A stretch of 64,000 nt of DNA from an uncultured Candidatus Saccharibacteria bacterium (lineage in GTDB: Bacteria > Patescibacteriota > Saccharimonadia > Saccharimonadales > CAZDQS01). Below, one piece after another: positions 35,511 through 43,802 of this stretch. Made by a program: the position numbers and the translations under genes. Numbering within the stretch: position 1 is the first letter of the stretch; each line of letters begins with the position of its first letter. The DNA lies in assembly GCA_964507855.1 (NCBI GenBank), contig CAZDQS010000002.1:91284-155283 (forward strand), written 5' to 3'. The notes under the pieces were generated by a model. The model was not told the origin of the DNA and made no database searches. It saw only the letters and a list, made by a program, of their open reading frames with translations.

Positions 35511-35726
35511 TTACCGCCTCCTCTCTGCCACAAGGCTGTCTATGTGGAGTTTCACGGAACGGATTCCTCTCGCCTGCTGTGCTGCGTCTCTGGCGTTTTC
35601 CGGTGTCGTCTCGGCGGATTCATGTCGTGCGGTAATTTCAGAATCAAGCCACTTCATAAACTCCGCTCCGGCTTCGCTTTTTAAGAAGAATGTCTGGTAG
35701 GCTCGTCGTAAGTCGGCAGTTTTCAC
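35511..35726 (-). CDS. hypothetical phage protein
   Basis: 71-aa ORF overlapping the portal stop by 4 nt. Confidence 0.5.
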   Translation of the reverse strand: MKTADLRRAYQTFFLKSEAGAEFMKWLDSEITARHESAETTPENARDAAQQARGIRSVKLHIDSLVAERRR

Positions 35727-37438
35727 AGCATCATCTCCGTAGGCTCTACAGGGTCAAGATGAAACAACTCACCCGTTAGCGGATCAGGTGCTACGTCCAT
35801 CATCGGCTCACCCATGCTTGGATCGGTCATACCGCCAAAACTCATGCCGGGGTCGGTCATTTCAGTAATCGGCTGCACGAGCATGTTCACCTCATCGGGG
35901 TCCAGGTCAAAGGAACGCTGTAAGACCATCTTCTTCAGCTCCACTTGGTTAATATCTTGGTCTCCAAGGAACATAGCCATCAGCTCTTTGGCTTGCATCG
36001 CCTGTTCCCGTTTGTCGTTTTCTATAGTGATGTCGAGCTGTACCCTTGGTTCGTAGTCGCCTTGGAACTCGCTTGGGTCAAATTCTTCCCACCGTGCGCC
36101 GTCCTTGCCAAGAATACGTACCATCATCGGCTCAGTGACATAGAGCTTAATCATCTCGAAGATGATTCTTCCCATCCGGTGGAAGTATTCGTTCTCTATC
36201 TGGGTAATTTTCAGTCCGATTCGCTGTCCAGCTCCGGCTATCTGTGCTTGGATTTCAGTTGCGGTTGTCTTCCCGCCTTCAGCACCAACACCCTTCACAA
36301 TCTCGTTACTAGCGGTCGTTTCCCGTATCTCGTTCTTGATGTTCATGCGCTCGTTAAAGGCATCCGGCGGAATGGGTCGCTGCGGGATAGGCTGGAGTGC
36401 GCCGGCTTCGACCGGATAGGTCGCACCGGGGATGTTCTCGATTTCCTCTAGTAAGTGAGCGTATTTCGGGTCGAGTGTGTACATCTGGTTGAGCGTAAAC
36501 GTCACCGAGTCAATGTTCTGATTAGTGATGTCGTTAAGCAGTTCCTGCTCGTCACCAATAATGTCCACTTCACCTTTTGCGTAAAACAGCGATTCGTCCA
36601 CGTAGTCTCTGGCGGCCGCAAACGGCATAATGCCTTTGGGGAATTCCTCACCGTTCGCACGAGCTTTCGCCTTGAAGTAGTTCTCAGCATCTTCAATCAA
36701 CACAGAACGGTTAGCCACTGATATGACCGTATCCTCAGTCCAGTATTCAATCACCTCTACTTGGTGTTTTTCCGGCTCTTTTACCGTCGAGCCGTACCAC
36801 ATGTCTTTTTCCTGTTTGTCAGTGTTCTCGCCCTGAGAGCCTTCTTTGATTTGGTCGAGGTTTTTGTATTTGGGCTTCATTTCACCCGTTTCGGGGTCAA
36901 TGACTTGAAAGCTTTTTAACTCGTCAATCGTAGTCAGATACCTTCGCCCCATGTATCGGGCGGTTTCCAGGCTCGAAGCCGTCGGGTCAATAAAGAAGTC
37001 CCTGAGAGGCACGTTTATCATCCGTGGATGGTCGCCGTCCCAATAGAAATAGTCCACTCCCACGCCAAGTTTCAGCATGGAGCGGCCAGTGTTGATAACT
37101 TTTATTGAGTATTGATCTTTATCCCAATAGAAATCTACTAAAGCGTTTAAGATGTCAGTTTTCTGGTCTGGCTTCTCTTTTGGCGGGAGGTAGTTGAATT
37201 TCGGCTTCGCTCCAAAGAGTGCGGAAGTCATCGTTTCCACCGTGGAGAATACCATCGGCACGAACGTATCAGTTATCCCATCATACCCACGTTTCACCCG
37301 TTGGTTGTTGTATAAACGGTGGTTATTCTCCCACCTAGTATGCCACGAACCAGCGACGTACTCCCATGCCGCCTCAAAATCTTTCAGTACTGTTTCAAGC
37401 GTGTTTGTCTGCTTTTTAGGAGTGCGGGCTTTAGCCAC
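35723..37438 (-). CDS. portal (head-to-tail connector) protein
   Basis: ~570 aa, directly downstream of terL. GTG start at 37438 behind GGTGGAG in the late leader. Size, position and acidic C-terminus fit podovirus connectors. Confidence 0.75.
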   Translation of the reverse strand: MAKARTPKKQTNTLETVLKDFEAAWEYVAGSWHTRWENNHRLYNNQRVKRGYDGITDTFVPMVFSTVETMTSALFGAKPKFNYLPPKEKPDQKTDILNALVDFYWDKDQYSIKVINTGRSMLKLGVGVDYFYWDGDHPRMINVPLRDFFIDPTASSLETARYMGRRYLTTIDELKSFQVIDPETGEMKPKYKNLDQIKEGSQGENTDKQEKDMWYGSTVKEPEKHQVEVIEYWTEDTVISVANRSVLIEDAENYFKAKARANGEEFPKGIMPFAAARDYVDESLFYAKGEVDIIGDEQELLNDITNQNIDSVTFTLNQMYTLDPKYAHLLEEIENIPGATYPVEAGALQPIPQRPIPPDAFNERMNIKNEIRETTASNEIVKGVGAEGGKTTATEIQAQIAGAGQRIGLKITQIENEYFHRMGRIIFEMIKLYVTEPMMVRILGKDGARWEEFDPSEFQGDYEPRVQLDITIENDKREQAMQAKELMAMFLGDQDINQVELKKMVLQRSFDLDPDEVNMLVQPITEMTDPGMSFGGMTDPSMGEPMMDVAPDPLTGELFHLDPVEPTEMML

Positions 37439-37451
37439 CGATGTAGCTCCA

Positions 37452-37478
37452 CCTGCCCGTGTTGATGGTATTATATCA
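37452..37478 (-). promoter_or_regulatory. phage late promoter and leader, copy 6
   Basis: Minus strand reads TGATATAAT-ACCATCAACA-CGGGCAGGTGGAG, in the 40-nt gap after the terL stop. Confidence 0.6.
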
Positions 37479-37481
37479 TAC

Positions 37482-38687
37482 CTAACGTCCATATTTCCTC
37501 TGGAGCATGTTCTTCGGCTTATAGGCGTGGATGTCGGTCTTCGTGTTAAATGATGAGAGTGCGTAGCGTACTGCGTCTAAAGCGTGATCCATGCCATCTT
37601 CCGGTACAGCGAGTTGTTTACCGTCACGATCTGATTTCCACATGTAACTGCGATACTCTTTAATGAGGTTAGTTGACCGCTTTGTAACACTGATTTGCTG
37701 CGCCTGTATGTAGTTAATGCCTTGCGTGACAGAGCCTTGCCCTTTCTGCGCCGGAAGAACATTGATGCCGTACAGTTTCAGTTCGTCTATGCTCTTTGGT
37801 TCTGCGGAGTCTGCTATAAGGAGCGTATGCGGTTTGGGAAGATTGTTTATAACGTCCGCAATTGCCTTGTTGTGCATACCCGTACGGTAGAGCTGTTCGT
37901 CCAAGATGTACCCGCCGTTGTAGTAATAGACATCCACCACCGCAGCCGGATCGAGTGAATACCCAAAGTCCAATCCCCTCCGCTCTAAACGAGCCTCAAA
38001 GGGTATATCGTCAATAATCTGCCAGTCTCGGTAAATTTTACCCTCGACTTCGCCACGTTTGCCCTGTCCATACACCCGCCACCAGTTCTTGTTGTTCTTC
38101 CGTTTTTCTATTTCCTGCACGATTGCCGCATCTAAAGCTTCATTGTCCTCATAAGTAAGAATGATGAATTCACAGTCAGGGTCAGTGGTCGTAGGCACAG
38201 GCTCGTCATTCAACCCATATTCTTCGTACATGTAGAAGTCGCTGGTCGGGTTCCAGTCGGCGATAGCGAACTCACGGGTACGGATAAGCAATTGTTCCCA
38301 TGCCTCTTTTGGTACGTTGTTTGCCTCATTCACGAACAGACGATCACGCCGTGGTCCACGTACCTTGCTTGGTTGATCGGCAGAAAAGAATTCCATCTTA
38401 CTGCCAGTCTCGAACGTGTAGGTATAATCGGTCTTACTCCATAGGTCATCCCTGAAATAGCCGTGTTCCTGCATAATGTTCAAGAAATCCCTCATCGCTC
38501 CTCGTCTTAAATGCGGAAAGCTCTCTGAAACAATTGATGTGAGTGTTGGCTGCTTATCAGACTGCGCCTTGGCGATTAGGTAGAGCAGAACGGAAATAGT
38601 TTTACTAGCACTTGTTCCCCCTGCTATTGCCCGTATACGCTTGGTAAGCCGTTTAATCTTCTTCGTTGCTGTCGTCTCTACGAACAT
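37482..38687 (-). CDS. terL: terminase large subunit (PBSX-like family)
   Basis: Walker-A-like AIAGGTSASKT, LFVNEAN (Walker B/coupling) and a C-terminal nuclease motif DHALDAVRYAL. Confidence 0.85.
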   Translation of the reverse strand: MFVETTATKKIKRLTKRIRAIAGGTSASKTISVLLYLIAKAQSDKQPTLTSIVSESFPHLRRGAMRDFLNIMQEHGYFRDDLWSKTDYTYTFETGSKMEFFSADQPSKVRGPRRDRLFVNEANNVPKEAWEQLLIRTREFAIADWNPTSDFYMYEEYGLNDEPVPTTTDPDCEFIILTYEDNEALDAAIVQEIEKRKNNKNWWRVYGQGKRGEVEGKIYRDWQIIDDIPFEARLERRGLDFGYSLDPAAVVDVYYYNGGYILDEQLYRTGMHNKAIADVINNLPKPHTLLIADSAEPKSIDELKLYGINVLPAQKGQGSVTQGINYIQAQQISVTKRSTNLIKEYRSYMWKSDRDGKQLAVPEDGMDHALDAVRYALSSFNTKTDIHAYKPKNMLQRKYGR

Positions 38688-39162
38688 CGGTTACATCCAT
38701 TATTGGTTTTGGTAGTTCTTTTACCCGCAAGTCCTGCTCCGTCTTGTCCCGCCAGCCGTAGTTGTTTTTGAGGTTGAATATTGGTCCGGTTACATTGGGT
38801 GCAGTAAACAGTGTTTGCTCAACAAATGCCTCACATTTATCCAATGCACCTTTAATCGAGTCAACAAACTCTGGCCGTTCTGAGTATTCCCTCAGTGTTT
38901 CTCGGCTTGTTCCAAGAAAAGTTGCAAGGCCGGTAAATGTATAAGGTTTCTGTTTAGTCATGACCTTGTGTGTCACTTCCACGAGATAGTTAAGCCCATG
39001 TTCGTCTTTAAGGAGCTTGCCGTCTTTGTCTCTTGCTTCTACCCATTCAGTCACTTCTTCCATGTGCGGGTCACAATCAGCAAAGTAAGCGTCAATCTTT
39101 TCTTGAAGCTCCTGTACGGTCTTAAACTTGAGTGGCCTTCCGCCGGGGTGCTTCTTGCTCAT
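38653..39162 (-). CDS. terS: terminase small subunit
   Basis: MSKKHPGGRPLKFKTVQELQEKIDAYFADC is a typical terS N-terminal HTH; directly upstream of terL. Confidence 0.7.
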   Translation of the reverse strand: MSKKHPGGRPLKFKTVQELQEKIDAYFADCDPHMEEVTEWVEARDKDGKLLKDEHGLNYLVEVTHKVMTKQKPYTFTGLATFLGTSRETLREYSERPEFVDSIKGALDKCEAFVEQTLFTAPNVTGPIFNLKNNYGWRDKTEQDLRVKELPKPIMDVTDVRRDDSNEED

Positions 39163-39292
39163 GTATTCTCCTCCACTATCTCGATAATCTCTCTTAGGTA
39201 CTCAGTGAGGGGCTTGTCGGGGTCGCTGTAGGGGCTTTGGATTGCTTCAAGGACGTTGAGGATCTCGATGTGCCACCTCACAACTTTCATGG

Positions 39293-39517
39293 CTATGCCG
39301 CATCCCCCGGGACAAAGGATGTGTAATTACCTTCAGAGTCCCATCCGAACTCCCCCTGTCCCTCGACTTCCGGCGGCTCAGGTCGAAGGATGTCCAGGAC
39401 TCGGGTTATGCCTTCCAAAGACAGCAAGGCGTCCTTGTCTGCCATGCGGCGCAAGGTGGCTTCTGTTTCTTCGGGGTAGGCTTCCATGTGCTTCTGGAAG
39501 CGGTGGTTAAACTCCAT
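39293..39517 (-). CDS. hypothetical phage protein
   Basis: 74-aa ORF with a GAGGAGAGG RBS, downstream of a long structured leader. Confidence 0.45.
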   Translation of the reverse strand: MEFNHRFQKHMEAYPEETEATLRRMADKDALLSLEGITRVLDILRPEPPEVEGQGEFGWDSEGNYTSFVPGDAA

Positions 39518-39790
39518 GATTCCTCTCCTCTTAAGAACTACCGAGGGAGGAAATGGGGCGGACTATGGATAGAGTTGAGTCCAGAGTATTCTTCTGTGTG
39601 CTTCGCTATGTGAACAACTATTTGTTTGGCGCCAAAATAAAAGAGACTCCGCCCCGTGCCTCACGCAAGGTGCAGAGACAGAACCGGTGGGTTAGTTCCG
39701 TCCCTCGGTAAGTCTTAAATTGTTAGGCCAGCGGTTAGGAGAACAAATGTATGCTTCAATTATACCGAATTGCTCGCTAAAAAGCTAGTG

Positions 39791-39817
39791 ATAATAAAAG
39801 GAGGGATTACTCCCTCC
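39791..39817 (-). terminator. intrinsic terminator separating the early and packaging modules
   Basis: Minus strand reads GGAGGGA-GTAA-TCCCTCC-TTTTATTAT. Confidence 0.6.
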
Positions 39818-39881
39818 AGTACGGTTCATGCAAACCTCTGAGCAATCGGCGGTTGCGCCGTTCTTTGTTATAAGTCTGATT

Positions 39882-40208
39882 TCAACCTTGATAATCTCGC
39901 TCATCATTCTCTCCCTTTAGTGTCTTGAGGCGGTCAGCGATATAGATCCACATCTTTGAAGCTCGACCTTTATGCCAATCGTTCTTGGCAGTCTCATAAC
40001 CGAGAGTGTTCAGCTCATCAATTCGTGCCTCCTCTACCTTAGAGGCGATAAGGGCTTCAATGCGGGCTTTGGCTCCTTTCATTGGCTCGCCACCAACAAA
40101 TACTCCATAATTTTTAGCAGCTACTCCGTGTCCATACACTTCGTTACAGAGGTTTTGCAGTATCTCATCCAGCTCGCTATTAGTTGTATTGGGCTTAGGG
40201 GCGGTCAT
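39882..40208 (-). CDS. hypothetical phage protein
   Basis: 108-aa ORF in the early gene string. Confidence 0.5.
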   Translation of the reverse strand: MTAPKPNTTNSELDEILQNLCNEVYGHGVAAKNYGVFVGGEPMKGAKARIEALIASKVEEARIDELNTLGYETAKNDWHKGRASKMWIYIADRLKTLKGENDERDYQG

Positions 40209-40458
40209 CTTGTTGTCCTCCTATCGGGAAGGCAAGGTGGACATCCTCTTGAACTGCCTCAAGAGTAAAGCCAGCAAGCTCTTCGTGTTCATAATCGCCG
40301 TGTTCATCCGCTATGACCCGTGTCTTTAGAGGCATGATGTGGCCGTTGGCTTCTAGGCAAAGCTTTCGCACAGTCGGGTAGTCGCGCTCATAAATTGCTA
40401 CATAGCCAAGGTACTCGCCACCTCGATACAGCTTTAGTTTTCGGTAGTCGCTCATCAC
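40195..40458 (-). CDS. hypothetical phage protein
   Basis: 87-aa ORF overlapping its neighbours. Confidence 0.5.
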   Translation of the reverse strand: MMSDYRKLKLYRGGEYLGYVAIYERDYPTVRKLCLEANGHIMPLKTRVIADEHGDYEHEELAGFTLEAVQEDVHLAFPIGGQQDDRP

Positions 40459-40763
40459 TCACTCTCCTTTATATTAGATTGCTCTGACAGTTTCAATATC
40501 GTTGATAGGTGTTTTAGGGTAATCTTTTCTGGGTTTTTAATCCAACTATTTACTGTCTGTCTTGATACCCCACACCTTTCAGCAAGCTCTTGCTGGGTGA
40601 TTGGTAGTTTTACGTAGGTGTCAAAGTATTCGAGGCACATCTCAATAGACTTGTCTGCCAGAAAGCCGATGTATTGGCGGTCAGGGTCGCCATAGTCAAT
40701 CGTGCGTTGATATAACTTGATTAGGTCTTTGCGTAGTCTGTCTTTATTCATCACTGCCCCCAT
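40455..40763 (-). CDS. HTH (XRE-type) DNA-binding protein
   Basis: QQELAERCGVSRQTVNSWIKNPEKITLKHL is a helix-turn-helix signature. Confidence 0.65.
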   Translation of the reverse strand: MGAVMNKDRLRKDLIKLYQRTIDYGDPDRQYIGFLADKSIEMCLEYFDTYVKLPITQQELAERCGVSRQTVNSWIKNPEKITLKHLSTILKLSEQSNIKESE

Positions 40764-41028
40764 CTAGTTCTTTGCGAACCAAGTCTTTAGCCATTTCATT
40801 ATTTGCCCAAACTGTCATATCGTTCAGGGCTTTTTTCCTTGCCAGCTTCTCACGGTTTGAAATGAGTTGTTCGGCTCGTTCAATTAAATTGTCACGGTAA
40901 CGTATGTACAGTGCATCTTTTTCGTCATCTGATAATTCTTTGAAGTCAGGGGAGAGAGCGTAATCTATACCACCGCCCCATATACGCTCCAACGCTTCTC
41001 GTAGCTCGTCTGTAGTGTCTTTTCTCAT
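40744..41028 (-). CDS. hypothetical phage protein (TTDELRE N-terminus, paralogue a)
   Basis: 94 aa; shares its first ~12 codons with the next gene. Confidence 0.5.
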   Translation of the reverse strand: MRKDTTDELREALERIWGGGIDYALSPDFKELSDDEKDALYIRYRDNLIERAEQLISNREKLARKKALNDMTVWANNEMAKDLVRKELDGGSDE

Positions 41029-41315
41029 AGCTCTGCCTCCAGTTCTTTTAGGGTTTGGGATAGCTCGGACTGAAGCTTTTTATCCCGTTCGTTCATATAG
41101 CCCATGCCCTTATTAAGCCTGTTACTACTCACCAGCCCGCCCCACCATGCACCAGCACGTCGGTTCTCATCTATACGAGCCTTGGCTATCTCTTGTTGGA
41201 TAAGCCCCACTAGGTCATCTTCAAAGGCGTGTATCGGATAGCCAGCGTCTGTATTACTTGGACGGCGTAAGTTGCGTAGTTGCTCTCGTAGCTCGTCTGT
41301 AGTGTTTTTGCTCAT
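41025..41315 (-). CDS. hypothetical phage protein (TTDELRE N-terminus, paralogue b)
   Basis: 96 aa; ATGA-type overlap with its neighbours. Confidence 0.5.
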   Translation of the reverse strand: MSKNTTDELREQLRNLRRPSNTDAGYPIHAFEDDLVGLIQQEIAKARIDENRRAGAWWGGLVSSNRLNKGMGYMNERDKKLQSELSQTLKELEAEL

Positions 41316-41704
41316 ACCGCCTCCTCGCTCTTAGGGTTCTGGGTGAGTTGGGCTAAGTCATCACGAACCTTTTTCTCGTATTTATCACACTTTTCGCAAT
41401 CACAACCCTCGCTAAAGCTGCCACCGACTTGACCACTTCGTATGTATTTTATGCAGGTATCAACTGCTCGCTCCCTTACCTCTGCTAATAGCTTGAGCTT
41501 TTCGGTGCGGATATGGTCGTTGATTTCGTGAGCAACAGCAATCATTAAGCCTTTATTATTTGGTGGTACGTCCGCCCAAGGCACTGCACTTGCTTTTCTA
41601 GTCTTATAGCTAAACGCAGGAGCTAGACGTTCGTAAGTATCGTGAAATAGCTTTGCGAGCTTTTCATCTTCGCTAGCTTGATTGGTGTCTGTAGTGTTGC
41701 TCAT
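41312..41704 (-). CDS. hypothetical phage protein
   Basis: 130 aa; contains a CDCEKCDKYEKK Cys cluster. Confidence 0.5.
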   Translation of the reverse strand: MSNTTDTNQASEDEKLAKLFHDTYERLAPAFSYKTRKASAVPWADVPPNNKGLMIAVAHEINDHIRTEKLKLLAEVRERAVDTCIKYIRSGQVGGSFSEGCDCEKCDKYEKKVRDDLAQLTQNPKSEEAV

Positions 41705-41931
41705 ACATCAGTCCTTTCTTCTTTTAGTGGTGGGGCTGTAAGTCCGATAGGCTCTCTGAACTCCCACTGTTTGTGGCTGGCGTAACTTTTCAGTAGTTCG
41801 CACAGCAATACCTTGTCGCAACCGTCAGCTTCTGCCATCTGGTCAATCGTTTGTGCCAAGAAATCAAAGTTCTGTAGGGTTTGGTTTGTGCCTGATACGT
41901 CTTGTCGGTATTCAATACTTCTGTGCATCAT
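41701..41931 (-). CDS. hypothetical phage protein
   Basis: 76-aa ORF with a 4-nt overlap. Confidence 0.45.
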   Translation of the reverse strand: MMHRSIEYRQDVSGTNQTLQNFDFLAQTIDQMAEADGCDKVLLCELLKSYASHKQWEFREPIGLTAPPLKEERTDV

Positions 41932-41952
41932 AATTCATCTCCTATTTATTAG

Positions 41953-42252
41953 TTATTTAGTTGGTGTAGCTAGGATTCTTCTCACCCTATTCAGTATTGC
42001 CGTCCGCTTCCTAGCATTTTGCTGACGCTCCATATAAAAGCTGTGTCGTTCTTCGCATGGTTTACACATGTCATCAACAGGCTTTCCAAATTCTGAGCGA
42101 TAGATACATTGCGTTGGTTGCTCTAAGTAACCGTTACTCTGCATATTCCGACACTCGTAAGTTTCGTGAAATTTTACAATCTCTCGCTTTTTTGCAGTTT
42201 GACTATCTTTCAAACGGAACCATTCCTGCATAAGAGTTTCAACCTCGCTCAT
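41953..42252 (-). CDS. hypothetical phage protein
   Basis: 99-aa ORF. Confidence 0.5.
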   Translation of the reverse strand: MSEVETLMQEWFRLKDSQTAKKREIVKFHETYECRNMQSNGYLEQPTQCIYRSEFGKPVDDMCKPCEERHSFYMERQQNARKRTAILNRVRRILATPTK

Positions 42253-42270
42253 ATCATTCCTTTCAATTAG

Positions 42271-42603
42271 TTATTTAGTTGGGGAGCGGAACTTGCTTAA
42301 AGCTATCAGCCGCATATCTTCTAGGTGGCGTTCTGTTGCTGCAAGTTTGCCCTCTGCGATACTGTCTTTGTTGGTCTTAATACCTTTACTTGCGAGAGCT
42401 TCTGCAAACGCCTGTAACTGGTCATCTGACATTACTGCAAAATATAGCTCATCCTCTTTACATACAGCACCTTCTGGAATAGTTTGAGCTGTTCCATCAT
42501 TCTTAATGAATACCGTTCCATCCTTCCTATGCTGAAAGAGGAACACTCTGTAATTAATCATCCCTGGTACTTGTTGTATGTGAACTTTGAAATCTCCGAA
42601 CAT
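42271..42603 (-). CDS. hypothetical phage protein
   Basis: 110-aa ORF. Confidence 0.5.
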   Translation of the reverse strand: MFGDFKVHIQQVPGMINYRVFLFQHRKDGTVFIKNDGTAQTIPEGAVCKEDELYFAVMSDDQLQAFAEALASKGIKTNKDSIAEGKLAATERHLEDMRLIALSKFRSPTK

Positions 42604-42650
42604 CTATTCCTCCTTAATGTAATGTTAGTTCTATTAGCTTTGGGTTGGGG

Positions 42651-42806
42651 TTAAATCCCTACCTTTACGAGCGTTCGGCATCCACAGTTCTGACATTTCT
42701 GAGCAATTGCCAAAGTGCCTTTGTTAATTGTGTAAGTGCGACGCTCTCCGCAGTTAGTGCATCGTAGCGTCATGATGTAGGTGCCTAAGTCGAAATCCAT
42801 ACTCAT
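42651..42806 (-). CDS. small zinc-ribbon protein (51 aa, absent from the ORF track)
   Basis: MSMDFDLGTYIMTLRCTNCGERRTYTINKGTLAIAQKCQNCGCRTLVKVGI has two CxxC pairs. GAGGAGA RBS. Confidence 0.45.
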   Translation of the reverse strand: MSMDFDLGTYIMTLRCTNCGERRTYTINKGTLAIAQKCQNCGCRTLVKVGI

Positions 42807-43105
42807 TCTCCTCATTAGCTTTATTGTTTAGAAGCGCAGGGGAGGGAGCAGACGGCGACCTGACATCGTTTCTATAGTCGTCTGTCAGGAACATTTACGC
42901 TAAAGGCCGCTTCCCGAAGGTAGCGAAGTCCCGAAGGAATTTCTATCCGCTCCCACTACTACGCTCTAATTGTTTAAGGTGCTGGCGAGGGGTTAGCTTG
43001 CATCTAAAAGTCTCCTATTATTTCAAGGCACACGAGCTAACCATATCCTCGCCTGCTTCTGGACTTACATAACCTTTTCAAGGACTGATGGGTTAATGCC
43101 AGAGG

Positions 43106-43243
43106 TTAATACGTTACGTTAATTTGCTTCTCTACCCGTTCCACCTGCTCCCGTAGCTGCTGGATAGCGTAGTGCTGGCCTAAGTTGGTGAGGCTGATTA
43201 CCAGCAGCAAGAGGGCGAATAGTAGGGTTATGAGGCGGGTCAT
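43106..43243 (-). CDS. small TM protein (45 aa, absent from the ORF track)
   Basis: MTRLITLLFALLLLVISL...; ATGA overlap with the upstream gene's stop. Confidence 0.35.
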   Translation of the reverse strand: MTRLITLLFALLLLVISLTNLGQHYAIQQLREQVERVEKQINVTY

Positions 43244-43431
43244 AGTTCCTGTAATTTCTTTACTGCGGCTCTAGCGGCTGCTTTGTCCTTGTAGCTAATG
43301 TGGTGGTCTTCTCCATGTGCGAGCGTATAAGTAACATTGCCTAAGTCGTCGATATATATGCTGGCAATTTGTTCAACGTTCACGAGTATGACAAAATCCT
43401 TGTCATTAGATATGTTGATGAATTTGCTCAT
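43240..43431 (-). CDS. hypothetical phage protein
   Basis: 63-aa ORF. Confidence 0.45.
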   Translation of the reverse strand: MSKFINISNDKDFVILVNVEQIASIYIDDLGNVTYTLAHGEDHHISYKDKAAARAAVKKLQEL

Positions 43432-43442
43432 GTTTTTCTCCT

Positions 43443-43802
43443 TTATCTCAACTCCGGCTTAAGTTCTAACAAGTGCCAGTGTGAATGTGTTTTAACTGAT
43501 TGCATGTTGGTGAAGTTCATCTCTAATCGGTGAAACTTGCCCAACTCATTCTGTCGCTTTGCGATATGTTGAAGCTCCCTAAGCTGTGGGATGGTGTAGT
43601 CCCAAAACTGTACGTTTGGCTGCTTCAGTACAATTAAGTCGTGGTCATGGTCACCAACAATTACGTCATGCGGATAGCCGTTTTTTATGATGCAGAAATG
43701 CTCGCCGTCCCACAATCTTGGTTCTTCCAGCAGGTTCTTCAGCCTTCCTGCAAGCTTGTCGGCTTGGTAGCGGGCTTCTAGTTCGGGGGTTCGCATGGTC
43801 AT
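43443..43802 (-). CDS. HIT-like (histidine-triad motif) protein
   Basis: The C-terminal THSHWHLL fits the H-phi-H-phi-H-phi-phi histidine triad; 119 aa. Confidence 0.45.
   Translation of the reverse strand: MTMRTPELEARYQADKLAGRLKNLLEEPRLWDGEHFCIIKNGYPHDVIVGDHDHDLIVLKQPNVQFWDYTIPQLRELQHIAKRQNELGKFHRLEMNFTNMQSVKTHSHWHLLELKPELR

Noticed and set aside
14481-37478. I considered whether the repeated ~30-nt late-promoter element is a CRISPR-like or MITE-like repeat family.
   Set aside because: The copies are kilobases apart, always intergenic, always oriented with the genes and always placed just upstream of start codons. They contain a -10 box. Promoter/leader is the simpler explanation.
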